Assembly (NCBI GenBank): GCA_964016885.1
Contig: OZ024759.1
Span: forward strand, 4,774,001 to 4,838,000
Direction: 5' to 3'
Source of the DNA: Eledone cirrhosa
Lineage: Eukaryota
DNA length: 64,000 nt
The notes under the pieces were generated by a model. The model made no database searches, was not told the DNA's origin, and was given only the letters and a program-made list of their open reading frames with translations. The translations under genes and the position numbers were made by a program. Every line of letters begins with the position of its first letter. Position 1 is the stretch's first letter. Below are positions 49,057 to 61,549 of the stretch, in pieces.

Positions 49057-49193
49057 ATACTTGGGGAGGTTCATATTGTTGTAATAATATTGCCAGAAAT
49101 AATAACAGAACACACTCACTGTTTGGTTGGTTTTCGCTTCTGTATCTTTTATATCTCCATAGTTAATTTATTTGGCAATCAAAGAACTTTGTT

Positions 49194-49241
<48 letters not shown>

Positions 49242-49368
49242 ACCATTGGTCAATCAATGCCAAATAAATTAACTATGGAGATATAAAAGATACAGAAGCG
49301 AAAACCAACCAAACAGTGTTATTATTTCTGGCAATATTATTACAACAATATGAACCTCCCCAAGTATA
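49057..49368. mobile_element. TA-flanked foldback/MITE with ~115-bp inverted arms
   Basis: CTTGGGGAGGTTCATATTG...TTTATTTGGC is mirrored by GCCAAATAAA...CAATATGAACCTCCCCAAG around a (TA)n loop. Confidence 0.8.
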
Positions 49369-49390
49369 ACAATATATATATATATATATA

Positions 49391-49488
<98 letters not shown>

Positions 49489-50281
49489 TATATATACACA
49501 CATATATATATACACACACACATATATATATACACACACACATATATATACACACACATATATATACACACACATATATATATACACACATATATATATA
49601 TACATATATATATATACACATCATCATCATCATTCTACGTCCACTTTTCCCTGCTTGCAAGGGTGGGATGGGAACTGATCCTGGCTTGATTTCTACAGCT
49701 GGATGCCCTTCCTAACACCAACCGCATTTACAGTGAGTGCTGGGTGCTTTTTTTGCCATGGCACCTCCACGACCACTTTACAGTGGAATGATAGGGACTC
49801 CAGTCCCTATCATCTCATTTCTACAGCTGAGTAAACTGGAGCAATGTGAAATAAAGTGTCTTGCTCAAGGAAACAACGCATCACGTGGTCTGAGAATTGA
49901 ACTCACAACCTTTCGATTGCAAGGCCAATGCTCTAACTACTAAGCCATGTGCCTCCATTCATATATATATACATATATATACACACACATATATATCTAA
50001 GTCTAAAGTCTGTCTTAAGCCAGCAGGCTCATTTGGCCGGTGCTTATACCGGTTTCATGGCGTGAAGTGAGTGGGAGTACAAGACTACCCCCTGGACAGG
50101 ATGCCAGTCCATCGCAGGGTTAAACCTCCAGCTATTGCTGGTACACATTTTCAGCTGAGTAAACTGGAGCAACGTGAAATAAAGTGTCTTTCTCAAGGAA
50201 ACAACACATCACCCGGTCCAAGAATGGAACTCACACCTTTCGATTGAAAGCCTAATGCTCTAACCACTAAGCCATGTGCCT

Positions 50282-50357
<76 letters not shown>

Positions 50358-50576
50358 AGTATGTATGTATGTATACATACATACATATATGTATACAGAC
50401 GTATAGTAGTATGTATATATATACATACATGCACACATATATATATGTACGTATCAGTTTACCAAACATTTATTATAATGCTCGGTTTGTTTGTTTGTAA
50501 ACAAACAAACAGCCCGAATTACGCCGTACAGTGTTTAGGCAACCACGTCACCTTTTTGTTCAACACTGACACAGGA

Positions 50577-50619
50577 ATGATGTACTAGTTTCAAGCTTAT
50601 TAGCTATCGTCAGCATTGT
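50577..50619 (-). ncRNA. Minimal type-I hammerhead ribozyme motif
   Basis: Minus strand ACAATG-CTGACGA-TAGCT aata AGCTT-GAAA-CTAG-TA|CATCAT. Confidence 0.7.
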
Positions 50620-51131
50620 ATACCTTCCTGCCAGATGGTTGAACGTCTGAAAGTATATACTTTCCTTATGCATATTAACGGCTGAGCAGCCTAATTTGCA
50701 TATCGAGTGAGATCAGTCGGCTGGGCACACCGAAAACGATAAATGGAATAGAATGAAACGAAATTTCATTTCTCACTCTTAGTAAGGCACTTACTTAAAT
50801 GTATGTATACGTACATACATATATGTATACAGACGTACAGTAGTATGTATATATATATACATACATGCACACATATATATATGCACGTATCGGTTTACCG
50901 AACATTTATTATAATGTTCGGTTTATTTGTTTGTAAACAAACAAACAGCCCGAATTACGCCGTACAGTGTTTAGGCAACCACGTCACCTTCGTTTCATTC
51001 TATTCCATTTATCGTTTTCGGTGTGCCCGGCCGACTGAACTCACTCAATATGCAAATTAGGCTGCTCAGCCATTAATATGCATAAGGAAAGTATATACTT
51101 TCAGATGTTCAACCATCTAGCAGGAAGGTAT

Positions 51132-51174
51132 ACGGTGCTGACGATAGCTAATAAGCTTGAAATGAGTACATTGT
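51132..51174 (+). ncRNA. Minimal type-I hammerhead ribozyme motif (inverted copy)
   Basis: ACGGTG-CTGACGA-TAGCT aata AGCTT-GAAA-TGAG-TA|CATTGT. Stem I pairs with two G-U; stem III is mutated. Confidence 0.6.
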
Positions 51175-51385
51175 TCCTGTGACAGTGTTGAACAAAAACG
51201 TGACGTGGTTGCCTAAACATTGTACGGCGTAATTCGGGCTGTTTACAAACAAACAAACCGGACATTATAATAAATGTTCAGTAAACCGATACGTGCATAT
51301 ATATATGTGTGCATGTATGTATATATATACATACTACTGTACGTCTGTATACATATATGTATGTACGTATACATACATACATACT

Positions 51386-51460
<75 letters not shown>

Positions 51461-51625
51461 GTATATACATATATATATATATACACACACACACACAATT
51501 ATATAGAACAATAAAACATGGCACTAGATGTTCAACCCAAGACCTTATGATTGAGAACAGCACACCTGTAACCTCTAAGCTATATATCTTCACACAGACT
51601 TTCTGATAAAGACAGAAGTACCCAC

Positions 51626-51763
51626 CTGACTGACAGTTGTCTCCCCTGAAACCAGCTGCACATCCAACACTAGAACACACCCCAGATTTAATGTTGCAAT
51701 GATCGTTGTCAGCACAGTAGCACAAATACTGACAGTTCAAGCCAAAATAACCCTTTTTACATT
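51626..51763 (-). CDS. EGF-like exon
   Basis: (T)nCAG / GTGGGT, 138 nt. Reads [46 protein letters not shown]. Confidence 0.9.
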
Positions 51764-51889
51764 CTGAAAAAAAAAAAAAAAGAAAATAGAATTATATACA
51801 CAACATATATATAAAATTATACACAATAACACATATATACAATTATACACAGCTATAACATACATATACACAATTATACATAACTATAA

Positions 51890-52245
51890 TGCCAATGTGC
51901 GTGAATGACCAAGCATAGACGAGTTGAGAAAGAAACTGGGTATAAGAGGGATAAGTTGTGGTGTGTAGGAGAGAAGGCTGAGCTGAGATGGTATGGACAT
52001 GTGATGCGCATGGAGGATGACCGCTGGGTAAAGAAGTGCCAAGAAATCCCAGTAGAAGGAAGACGCAGTAGAGGTAGACCATGAAAAACATGGGCGGAGG
52101 TGGTGAGAGAAGACCTCAAATTGCTGAAACTCACGGAGGAGATGACAAGGGACCGTGACGAATGAAGAGATGCCATGCTTAATAAGACCTGTCCCACCCT
52201 TGCAAGCAGGGAAAAGCGGACGTAAAATGATGATGATGATGATAA
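51890..52245 (+). mobile_element. RTE 3' fragment
   Basis: Encodes the WYGHVMRMEDDRWVKKCQE region followed by a (TGA)n tail. Confidence 0.88.
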
Positions 52246-52427
52246 TAATAAAATTATTGTGTATAGTGCTCAGGTGCACTACAACTCATCAATGGTGAAT
52301 GTATAGTACATTAGTGAACAGACAGTGAACAGTGTATGAGTCATGAGATACACACAGACACATGCATGCGTGTGTATGGAGGGGGAATATCAGGTGTAGT
52401 GTTGGCGCAAAAAAAAAATAAAAGGAA

Positions 52428-52487
52428 ATGCTTACAGCACCTAGGTTTCTCAAGTGGTTTCCCATCTAAGTACTAACTAGGCTCGAG
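52428..52487 (-). pseudogene. 5S rRNA 3'-half fragment
   Basis: Minus strand GCCTAGTTAGTACTTAGATGGGAAACCACTTGAGAAACCTAGGTGCTGTAAGCATTT matches the 3' half of eukaryotic 5S rRNA and is followed by T-runs. Confidence 0.8.
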
Positions 52488-52512
52488 TCAAGATATATGT
52501 GTGTGTGTGTAT

Positions 52513-52725
52513 GTATGTATGGAGGGGGAATATCAGGTGCAGGGTTGGCGAATTTCAGGCAACATGGAGGTTTTAAAGGATGCAGTGTCCCGGCAGCTAA
52601 CAACTGATGCAGGTAGTTTGTTCCATGCTTCAGTGAATTTCAGGAAGCATGGAGGTTTTAAAGGATGCAGTGTCCTGGCAGCACACAACTGATGCGGGTA
52701 GTTTGTTCCATACTTCAGCAAATTT
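52513..52725 (-). mobile_element. CR1/L2-like LINE 3' remnant with internal duplication
   Basis: EAWNKLPASVVSCRDTASFKTSML fits the WNxLP...FK C-terminal motif and is present twice. Confidence 0.6.
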
Positions 52726-53291
52726 TTATATATATTGATTGACCAACATTTAAAAAATATAAATATAAATATAGTTTCTCAGAGTTTTTTCATCACATAT
52801 CTGTGACATCATCAGTGATATTTCTATGCTTGTCATATTCCTGTGATGTTTTCTTATTCTATTTTATTTATTTGCAGTAGTTCCAACGTAAAAGACTTTC
52901 ATAATAGTTGATCACTATAAATAACAGTTAGGAAAACCAGATAAAGTACATGTGGAGATAGAAAGAAGTAGACGGAGGGTCCTGTAAGGAACAGGTGCAA
53001 GTTTGCTTCCTTGCAAATACTTCTGTCTACATCTACCTTTCTCCTGAGATACTTTACTACCCACATTAACCTGTCACCTGTGGTCCATTACTGTCTACCA
53101 GGAATAATAATTGTTTCTACTTTAGGCACAAGGTCAGAAATTATCCAAGTGTATTACTGGTACTTTATTTTATCGACCCCGTAAGGATGAAAGGCAAAGT
53201 TAACTTCGGTGGGATTTGAACTCAGATTGTAAAGGGACATAACTATGCTGGAAAGCACGGCATCCGACTCTCTACCGATACTGCCATAATA

Positions 53292-54185
53292 CAGTTATAC
53301 TAGTTAGAAGTAGAAATAAAAGACTATTAAACATATGTAGTCATTAATAATATAGTTATACTAGTTAGTAGTAAAAGTAAAAGAGTAATACACCTATGTA
53401 GCCATTAATAATATAGTTATACTAGTTAGTAGTAAAAGTAAAAGAGTAATAAACCTATGTAGTCATTAATAATATAGTTATACTAGTTAGTAGTAAAAGT
53501 AAAAGAGTAATAAACCTATGTAGTCATTAATAATATAGTTATACTAGTTAGTAGTAAAAGTAAAAGAGTATTAAACATATGTAGTCATTAATAATATAGT
53601 TATACTAGTTAGTAGTAAAAGTGAAAGAGTAATACACCTATGTAGTCATTAATAATATAGTTATACTAGTTAGTAGTAAAAGTAAAAGAGTAATAAACCT
53701 ATGTAGTCATTAATAATATAGTTATACTAGTTAGTAGTAAAAGTAATAGAGTAATAAACCTATGTAGTCATTAATAATATAGTTATACTAGTTAGTAGTA
53801 AAAGTAAAAGAGTATTAAACATATGTAGTCATTAATAATATAGTTATACTAGTTAGTAGTAAAAGTGAAAGAGTAATACACCTATGTAGTCATTAATAAT
53901 TTAGTTATACTAGTTAGTAGTAAAAGTGAAAGAGTAATACACCTATGTAGCCATTAATAATATAGTTATACTAGTTAGTAGTAAAAGTAAAAGAGTAATA
54001 AACCTATGTAGACATTAATAATATAGTTATACTAGTTAGTAGTAAACGTAAAAGAGTAATAAACATATGTAGACATTAATAATATAGTTATACTAGTTAG
54101 TAGTAAAAGTAAAAGAGTAATAAACATATGTAGACATTAATAATATAGTTATACTAGTTAGTAGTAAACGTAAAAGAGTATTAAA
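53292..54185. repeat. 61-bp AT-rich minisatellite, ~14.5 copies
   Basis: Unit AGTTATACTAGTTAGTAGTAAAAGTAAAAGAGTAATAAACCTATGTAGTCATTAATAATAT. Confidence 0.95.
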
Positions 54186-54190
54186 CCAAC

Positions 54191-54328
54191 CAGTTTGACA
54201 ATCAGTTCCTATATAGCCTGGTTCACAGTTGCCCTCTTCACAAACACCATTGGTTCTGTTGCAGTATTTACTTTCTTCACAATGACAAACCTTTTGACAG
54301 TTAGACCCAAAAGTATTGCTTGGACAGA
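54191..54328 (-). CDS. EGF-like exon
   Basis: CCAG / GTTGGT, 138 nt. Reads VCPSNTFGSNCQKVCHCEESKYCNRTNGVCEEGNCEPGYIGTDCQT. Confidence 0.9.
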
Positions 54329-54563
54329 CTGGATGAAATAAAGGATCAAACAGAAATTTAGTAAATTTAACCCTTTAGCATTTACATTACTTTATATATA
54401 TATACTATTGTATTTTTACAGTAAACACTTTATCACATATTATGGAGTCTAGGAGATTTTGATGATGATATTATTTATTTTGAGAAGAATACCTTAATGT
54501 CAGTATTGGTGACCGGTTATTGAAAGAAGTCAATATATAACCCTTTAGCATTTACATTACTCA

Positions 54564-57046
54564 TAGACATTCAATGTAGAAGAGAACTGGGAGTTCCTAA
54601 AAAATAACTTACTAGAGGCGACGGATGAGGTCTGTGGCTGGAGTAAGACCTCAAGCAGGAGGAGAGTGACTTGGTGGTGGAACAATAAGGTATATGAGGC
54701 AGTTAAGGCCAAGAGACAGGCATGGAAAGAATGGAAGAACGGGGGGAGCAGGGTAAATTACATAGAGAACAAGAGGGAAGCTAGGCGACAAGTATACTTA
54801 GCTAGGAGGGAAGCAGAGGATAGAAAATTCAAGCATGTTTTGCAATGTAAGGACCAGAAACAGGAGGTGTTCAAGATTGCGAGGCAGTGTGTCAGAGAGA
54901 ATTGTGATGTCATTGGAGAGAAGTGTATCCGGAATGATAAAGGTGAGCTTGCCCTCACAAGTGCTGAGAAGAAAGATGCATGGAAGAGTCATTATGATAG
55001 ATTACTAAATGAGGAGAATGCATGAGAAGAAGAGACCCTACCCCAAGTAGACCCTATAGAGAGGCCAGCAGTACAAGTCAGCAGCAGCGTAGTAAGTAAG
55101 GCAATCAAAGATATGAAGATGGGGAAGGCAACCGGTCCATCGGGTATAGCTGCTGAGATGCTGAAGGCATCTGGGTCTGTAGGTCACACTATAACCACAC
55201 GTATTGTTAACCAGGTAATACTAGAAGGTGTCATACCAAAAGATTGGTGCAGTAGCATTATTGTCAACTGCTACAAAGGTAAAGGTGATGCACTAGATAG
55301 AGGAAACTATAGAGGTATAAAGCTGATGGACCAGGTCATGAAAGTAACAGAAAGAGTTATAGCACAGTTGATTAGGGACCGGGTGAAACTAGATGAGATG
55401 CAATTTGGGTTTGTACCAGGAAGAGGCACCACTGATGCCCTCTTCCTTGTGAGGCAGTACAGGAAAAGTACCTAGCTAAAAGCAAGCCACTCTACCTGCC
55501 ATTTGTCGATCTCGAGAAAGCCTTTGACAGAGTTCCACGTGCTGTAATCTGATGGGCTCTTAGAAAACTAGGAGTAGATGAATGGCTTGTGAAAGCGGTA
55601 CAAGCCATGTATAGGGGAGCAGTCAGCAAAGTTAGGATTAGCAATGAGTATAGCGAGGAATTTAGCGTACAGGTTGGGGTCCACCAGGGCTCTGTTCTTA
55701 GCCCCCTCCTGTTCATCATAGTCATGCAGGCAATAACGGAGGAGTTTAAGACCGGATGCCCGTGGGAACTCCTGTATGCTGATGACCTCGCACTTATAGC
55801 TGAATCTATGGTAGAGCTAGAGAAGAAATTCCAAACTTGGAAGCAGGGACTAGAAAGAAAGGGTCTCAAAGTCAACATGATAAAGACTCAGGTCCTTGTA
55901 AGTAGACGAGAAAACAGAACCCAGATCCCCTCAGGGAAATGGCCTTGCTCAGTATGTAGGAAAGGTGTAGGTAGGAACTCCATTCCCTGCCCCAAATGCA
56001 AACAATGGGTACACAAGAGATGTAGCGGGATCTCAGGAAGCTTAATTAAGAATGTAGGCTTCACATGCAGCAGCTGTGCTGGGACAGCACGCAGCAAAAA
56101 GCCACAGGAAACAAGTACCACCAATCTCTCGGAGGGCTCTGTAGAAAGAGTAGACCGCTTCTGCTACCTAGGTGACCGAATTAGCAGCGGAGGTGGGTGT
56201 TCAGAAAGTACAATAACTAGGGTAAGAACGGGATGGAAGAAGCTTAGGGAACTACTACCACTGCTAGCTGCAAAAGGCTTTTCCCTCAAAATGAAAGGCA
56301 GACTGTATGATGCGTGTATCCGAACAGCAATGTTGCATGGTAGTGAGACCTGGGCGCTGAAGGTGGAAGACTTATGTAGATTAGAGAGAAACGAAGCCTG
56401 CATGCTCCGATGGATGTGTAACAGTAATATACGCGAACGACAAAGCATAAATGAATTGAGAGAGAGACTGAGCATAAGAGGAATCAAATGCTGTGTGCAG
56501 GAGAGGCAGTTGCGTTGGTATGGACATGTGATGCGTATGAAGGATGACAGCTGCATAAAAAGGTGCAGAGCACTAGAAGTCGATGGAAACCGCGGAGTGG
56601 GGAGACCCAAGATGACCTGGGATGAGGTGATAAAAACCGACCTTACCCAATTCCACCTCTCAAAGGCGAAAACACATGACCGTGACCTCTGGCGTCTCGC
56701 AGAAATACAGAGTACCCGACCTCCCATGGGTACAAGCTGATGCATATAGACAATAAGCCCCCACACCCCCCCACTTCAAGGTGGTCGTGGAGGTGCCACG
56801 GCAAAAAGCACCCAGCCCACACTGTAAAGTGGACGTGTAGGCAACACGAAAAAGCACCCAGTACTCACTGTAAATGAGGTTGGTGTTAGGAAGGGCATCC
56901 AGCTGTAGAAATCAAGCCAAATCAGTTCCTGTATGAGCAAAGCATAGTCAGCCGACCAGACACTGCCCACAACAGGACAACCCGTCTAACCCATGCTAGC
57001 GTGGAAGAACGGACGTAAAACGGTGATGATGATGATGATGATGATG
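54564..57046 (+). mobile_element. 5'-truncated RTE-PHD LINE inserted in a piggyBac MITE (54541-57247)
   Basis: RT and PHD (55940-56077) with stops and a frameshift, a long 3'UTR and a (GAT)n tail. MITE halves CCCTTTAGCATTTACATTACTC and ...ATGCTAAAGGG|TTAA flank it. Confidence 0.92.
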
Positions 57047-57499
57047 ACTCTATATATACTATTGTATTTTCATGGTAAAGGCTTTACCTCACATAAGTAT
57101 CTCATAATGTCGAATCTATGAGATTTTGATTTTATCTATTTTGAGAAGAATACCTTAATGTCAGTATGAGTGGCCAGTTATGGCCGGTTTCAACAGAAAG
57201 AGGTGAGAGGATTCTGGTCAGATATGGCCGGTTTAAATGCTAAAGGGTTAAACACCCCAGTGTTGAAATGTGGTAGTGCTGGTGCCATGATAAAGTGCAC
57301 CAAGCCTACACTGGAAAATGGAAGTGTTTGATGCTGTGATAAAATGCATCCAGCCCATACTGTAAAGTGTTAGTGTGGTACCATGATAAAAGTAGCAAGA
57401 CCACCCTGGCATGTGGTAAAGGTGGTGCCATGAGGAAATGCACCCAGTACATGCTGTGAGGTAGTGTTAGGAAGGGCATCCAACAATAGAAACTATGCT

Positions 57500-57900
57500 A
57501 GAGAAACACTGGCACACTTGGAAAATTAGAAGCACACAGGTACAGTGGGAACATCAGAGACACAGTGGGTACTCAAGAGGCACAATGGCTCACTGTGAAC
57601 ATCCAGAAGCACACTGGGATATTAGAGGCATACTGGCATACTGGGAACATTGGAGCACAGTGGGAACATCAGAGGCACACTGGAATATCAGAAGCACAGT
57701 AGGCACATCCGAGGCACACTAGGTATATCAGAGACACACTGGGAACACAAGAGGCAGACTGGGAGCATCAGAGGCACAGTTGGCACATCAGAGGCACACT
57801 AGGTATATCAGAGACACACTGGGAACACAAGAGGCAGACTGGGAGCATCAGAGGCACAGTTGGCACATCAGAGGCACACAGGGCACATCAGGAGGCACGC
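57500..57900. repeat. Degenerate ~20-bp repeat (CATCAGAGGCACACTGGGAA) with a 70-bp higher-order duplication
   Basis: Visible tandem units. Confidence 0.8.
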
Positions 57901-59245
57901 TGTTAATAAATGAACATTTACAGTTTAAAATAAGCATACTAACAAGCTTGGCAGTCATGACCAGTAAAACCAGGTAGACACTTGTTGTTTGGACAGTGTC
58001 CAGTTTTAGGGTTACAGTTATTTTGTGTCTCAACTAATTGCAACAAAGCTAATAAACTTTCATGCTCTATTTAACACTAACACAAGTGTAAATGGTGTTA
58101 AACTTACAATCATGTTCTGGGTTTCATTCTTGGACTGGGTTGTGTGTTATGTTCTTGAGCAAAACATTATACTCAGTATGTATGTATGGTCCTGTAACTC
58201 CTGACAGAGTCGTAGAGGTGCCGTATTAACAGACATCATTTCTTGGGTATTGTAAGCCAGGCGGAGCCCATCCCTGTCCAGGCCTGAATACAGCAGATTT
58301 CTTCCAGAGAAAGATAGAAAGTGAGAGAGAGGAAATGAGAAAGAGATATAGAAGAAGAATCGACCCCAGTACTAGACTGGTACTTTTTTATTGACATCAA
58401 AAGGATGAAAGGCAAAGTTGACCTCAGCGGGATTTGAACTCAGAGAGCAGAGAGTCGGAACGAATACCACAAAGCATTCTATCTGATGTTCTAACGACTC
58501 TGCCAATTCACTGCCTATATACTCAGTATACTCAGTTGGAAATGAGTATCAACAATTGCTGGGGGGTTTTCTCTGCAATGGACTGGTGTCCTGTCCAGGT
58601 TGGAATTGTTTACTGTCAGTCACTTAACACCATGGAAACCAAGGTAAACTCTGGCCTGATTAGCATCCAGGCTTGAGACAGACTTTAGACTCAGAACAAG
58701 TAACAGCCAAATTATAGATTAGTATGATGAAAAGGAAAGGACACATTAAATAGTGTAGTCCTAGTTATGCAATGCCTGAGAGAAGGGTGGAATGTGCTTA
58801 TCTCGGTTTCCATGGTGTGAAGCAACTGAGAGTACAGAATTCCATCCTGCACAGGACACCTGTCCTGTGCAGGATGGAATTTAAAATCCCCCAGCAATTG
58901 CTGGTACTCATTTTCAACTGAGTATACTACGCAAGAATGTTTTGCTTAAGAACGCAATGCACAGCCAAGTCCAGGAATCAAACCCACAACATTATGATTG
59001 TAAATCCAACAGCTTTACCACTTGTGTTAGTGTTAGATAGAGATGACAGCTCATTGATCTCATAACTAGTTTAAACTGTAAACAACTGACAGTGTCCTTA
59101 CATATTATAAAGAGGTGAATAAAAGATATTGAAAAAGATACTGTCAATTCACCAGCTTTTATTTTAATTTACAAATCTGCCCCCCCCCCCCCCCCCCCCC
59201 CATAAAAAAAAAGACAATGGAAATTCGATATTTAGTTTTACTCAC

Positions 59246-59383
59246 CATTTTGGCAGTTTCTTCCTTCAAAACCAGCAACACATCTTCCGTCAGAACATAT
59301 TCCTGTCACTGAGTCACATTTGTTGCTGTCTACACAGTGACATATACCTTCACAGTTGCTGCCAAATCTACCATTCTGGCAGA
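59246..59383 (-). CDS. EGF-like exon
   Basis: AAG / GTGAGT, 138 nt. Reads VCQNGRFGSNCEGICHCVDSNKCDSVTGICSDGRCVAGFEGRNCQN. Confidence 0.9.
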
Positions 59384-59670
59384 CTTTCAAAGAAACAAAA
59401 ACATTGTTTGTTAATAAAAAAAAAAGCAAACCCTTTTTGGTTCAGAAACTTCTGGCGGAATCCCAAAGTCTCATATTTTTATATGGTTTGAATATAAATA
59501 TACTTCTCTACCTTTTTTTCATGGAACCCCAGACATTCCTTTGCAGAACCCTTGGGTTCCATGGATCCCACTTTGGGAATGACTAATAAAGAACAACCTA
59601 AAGTTTTGAGAGATAAAACAAGAATTCATATATGTTGCACAGAGTAATTAGCTTCTTTCATTTCACTCAC

Positions 59671-59808
59671 CTGTTTGACAGTTGTTACCTTTATAGCCAG
59701 GTGTACACCCACCACTCGAACAGGTGCCAGATTTAGGGTTACACGTGCTATTGTCATAGCAGTGACAGCTATAGCTACAATCTTTACCAAACTTGCCACT
59801 GGAGCACT
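59671..59808 (-). CDS. EGF-like exon
   Basis: TTTCAG / GTGAGT, 138 nt. Reads ECSSGKFGKDCSYSCHCYDNSTCNPKSGTCSSGGCTPGYKGNNCQT. Confidence 0.9.
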
Positions 59809-60457
59809 CTGAAATATAGAGCTATTATTTATTATTTATTCATGAGTGAATAAGAATTGTTTCGACTTTTGACACAAGGCCAGCAATTACCCCAGTGCAT
59901 TACTGGTACTTTATTTTATCGACCCCGTAAGGACGAAAGGCAAAGTTAACCTTGGCGGGATTTGAACTCAGACCGTAAAGAACCGTAACTCTATGCTGCA
60001 AAGCATGGCATCCGACGCTCTACCGATACTGCCAATCCACCACCCTCGCGATTCAATAATAATTATTTCTACTTTTTGCACAAGGCTAGCAATTATCCCA
60101 GTGTATTACTGGTACTTTATTAGTAATACACTGGATAACAATAATGTTATAATAGTATTATAATATCATTAATATTCAGTTTGTTTGCCAGCAAACAGCC
60201 TCATAAACACCACGTGTGTTTTCTAGATGAACAATGTCATCCTTTTGTTGTAAAGGGGAAAGAAATGGGCAGAACTGTTGGAGTGTTTGTTGGATGAAAT
60301 GCTTTGCAGAACTTCTGAGTTCTGAGTTCAAATCTTGCTCAGGTCAAACTTGAATGTCATTTTTACAAGCTTGATAAAATAATGTACCAGTTAAATACTG
60401 GGGTAGATATAATCAACTGACTTTCTCTTTACTCCAAAATTAAGAAATCATTATTAA

Positions 60458-60637
60458 CCCTTTACCATTCACATTACTCTATATATAATATTGTATTTTC
60501 ATGGTAAAGGCTTTATCTCACATAATTATCTCACATAATATCGAATCTATGAGATTTTGAGCGACCAGTTACAGCCAATATCAACAGAAAGAGGTAGAGA
60601 ATTCTGGCCGGTTTGGGCCGGTTTGAACACGAAAGGG
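60458..60637. mobile_element. piggyBac-type MITE, internally deleted
   Basis: TTAA|CCCTTT...AAAGGG|TTAA. Confidence 0.8.
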
Positions 60638-61370
60638 TTAATTAAAAACATAGGTACATTTGTGCTTTACATAGTTTTGGCTTGGTTTTACTGGTTGGGT
60701 ATTTCTCTTGCAACCAACCACTTTACTGAGTGGCCTGGGTGCACCAGTTCTTGAGAGATTGTACTAATTAGGGTGGCACCAAGTGGATACAAAATGTGGG
60801 ACGAAAAGAAGAGAGAGGAGTCAGTTGAAAATGTCTGAGTGGAGGTGGCATGAACCTAGAATACTCCGAGGAACAGAGTCCAATATAGTAGTGGTGGAAA
60901 GCAGGAGGAGAAGGCACATGGGGAGAGTATCAGTGAAGAAGAGAAAAAATGGTGTATCCATTTGGTTTATAGTCAAGTTTTATTTTTTTTAAACAAGCAC
61001 CTTTATAGGCTTAGTCGGCCTCCTATGAGGTTGTCACCCCATAGGAAGTATTCTGGGTGTTTCAATGGTAAGGACACCATGCCTATCATGTTGTTGTTAC
61101 AGCTCACATTTATGTAGGTTTGGCTGGCCCCCTACAAGGATGCACTCCATGGGAAATATTCTGGGTGTTTTAATAATAAGGACCCCAGGCCTATCATGTT
61201 GTTACAGCTCTACCTATGTAGGTTTAACTGGCCTCTGACAAAAATGCACCCCAAAGGAGCCTCGGTCTTTTCATGTCACTCTTTCCTTGGTAAGTTTGGA
61301 ATCTCACTTTGAAGTGCCATGTGCTCACCTAGAAATACAAATAGCATAGAAGATCTACTGAATGACTCAC

Positions 61371-61508
61371 CTGTCTGACAATTGCTACCTTGATAGCCAG
61401 CTTCACAGCCACCACTGGAACATACACCTGTGATGGGGTCACACTTGCTGTTGTTGGCACGGTGACATAAGTTAATACAGTTGTCACCAAATTTACCACT
61501 TCTACACT
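61371..61508 (-). CDS. EGF-like exon
   Basis: CCCAG / GTGAGT, 138 nt. Reads ECRSGKFGDNCINLCHRANNSKCDPITGVCSSGGCEAGYQGSNCQT, with one Cys replaced by Arg. Confidence 0.88.
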
Positions 61509-61549
61509 CTGGGTACATTAAATATGAAGAATATAGAAGTTAGATGGAA

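Larger units (their letters stand above)
50357..51388. mobile_element. Penelope/retrozyme-like repeat: ~440-bp monomer + partial tandem copy + inverted copy
   Basis: 50357-50762 is inverted at 50989-51388, and 50800-50988 repeats the start of the monomer. Each arm has a hammerhead core. A further fragment lies at 6745-6875. Confidence 0.75.
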
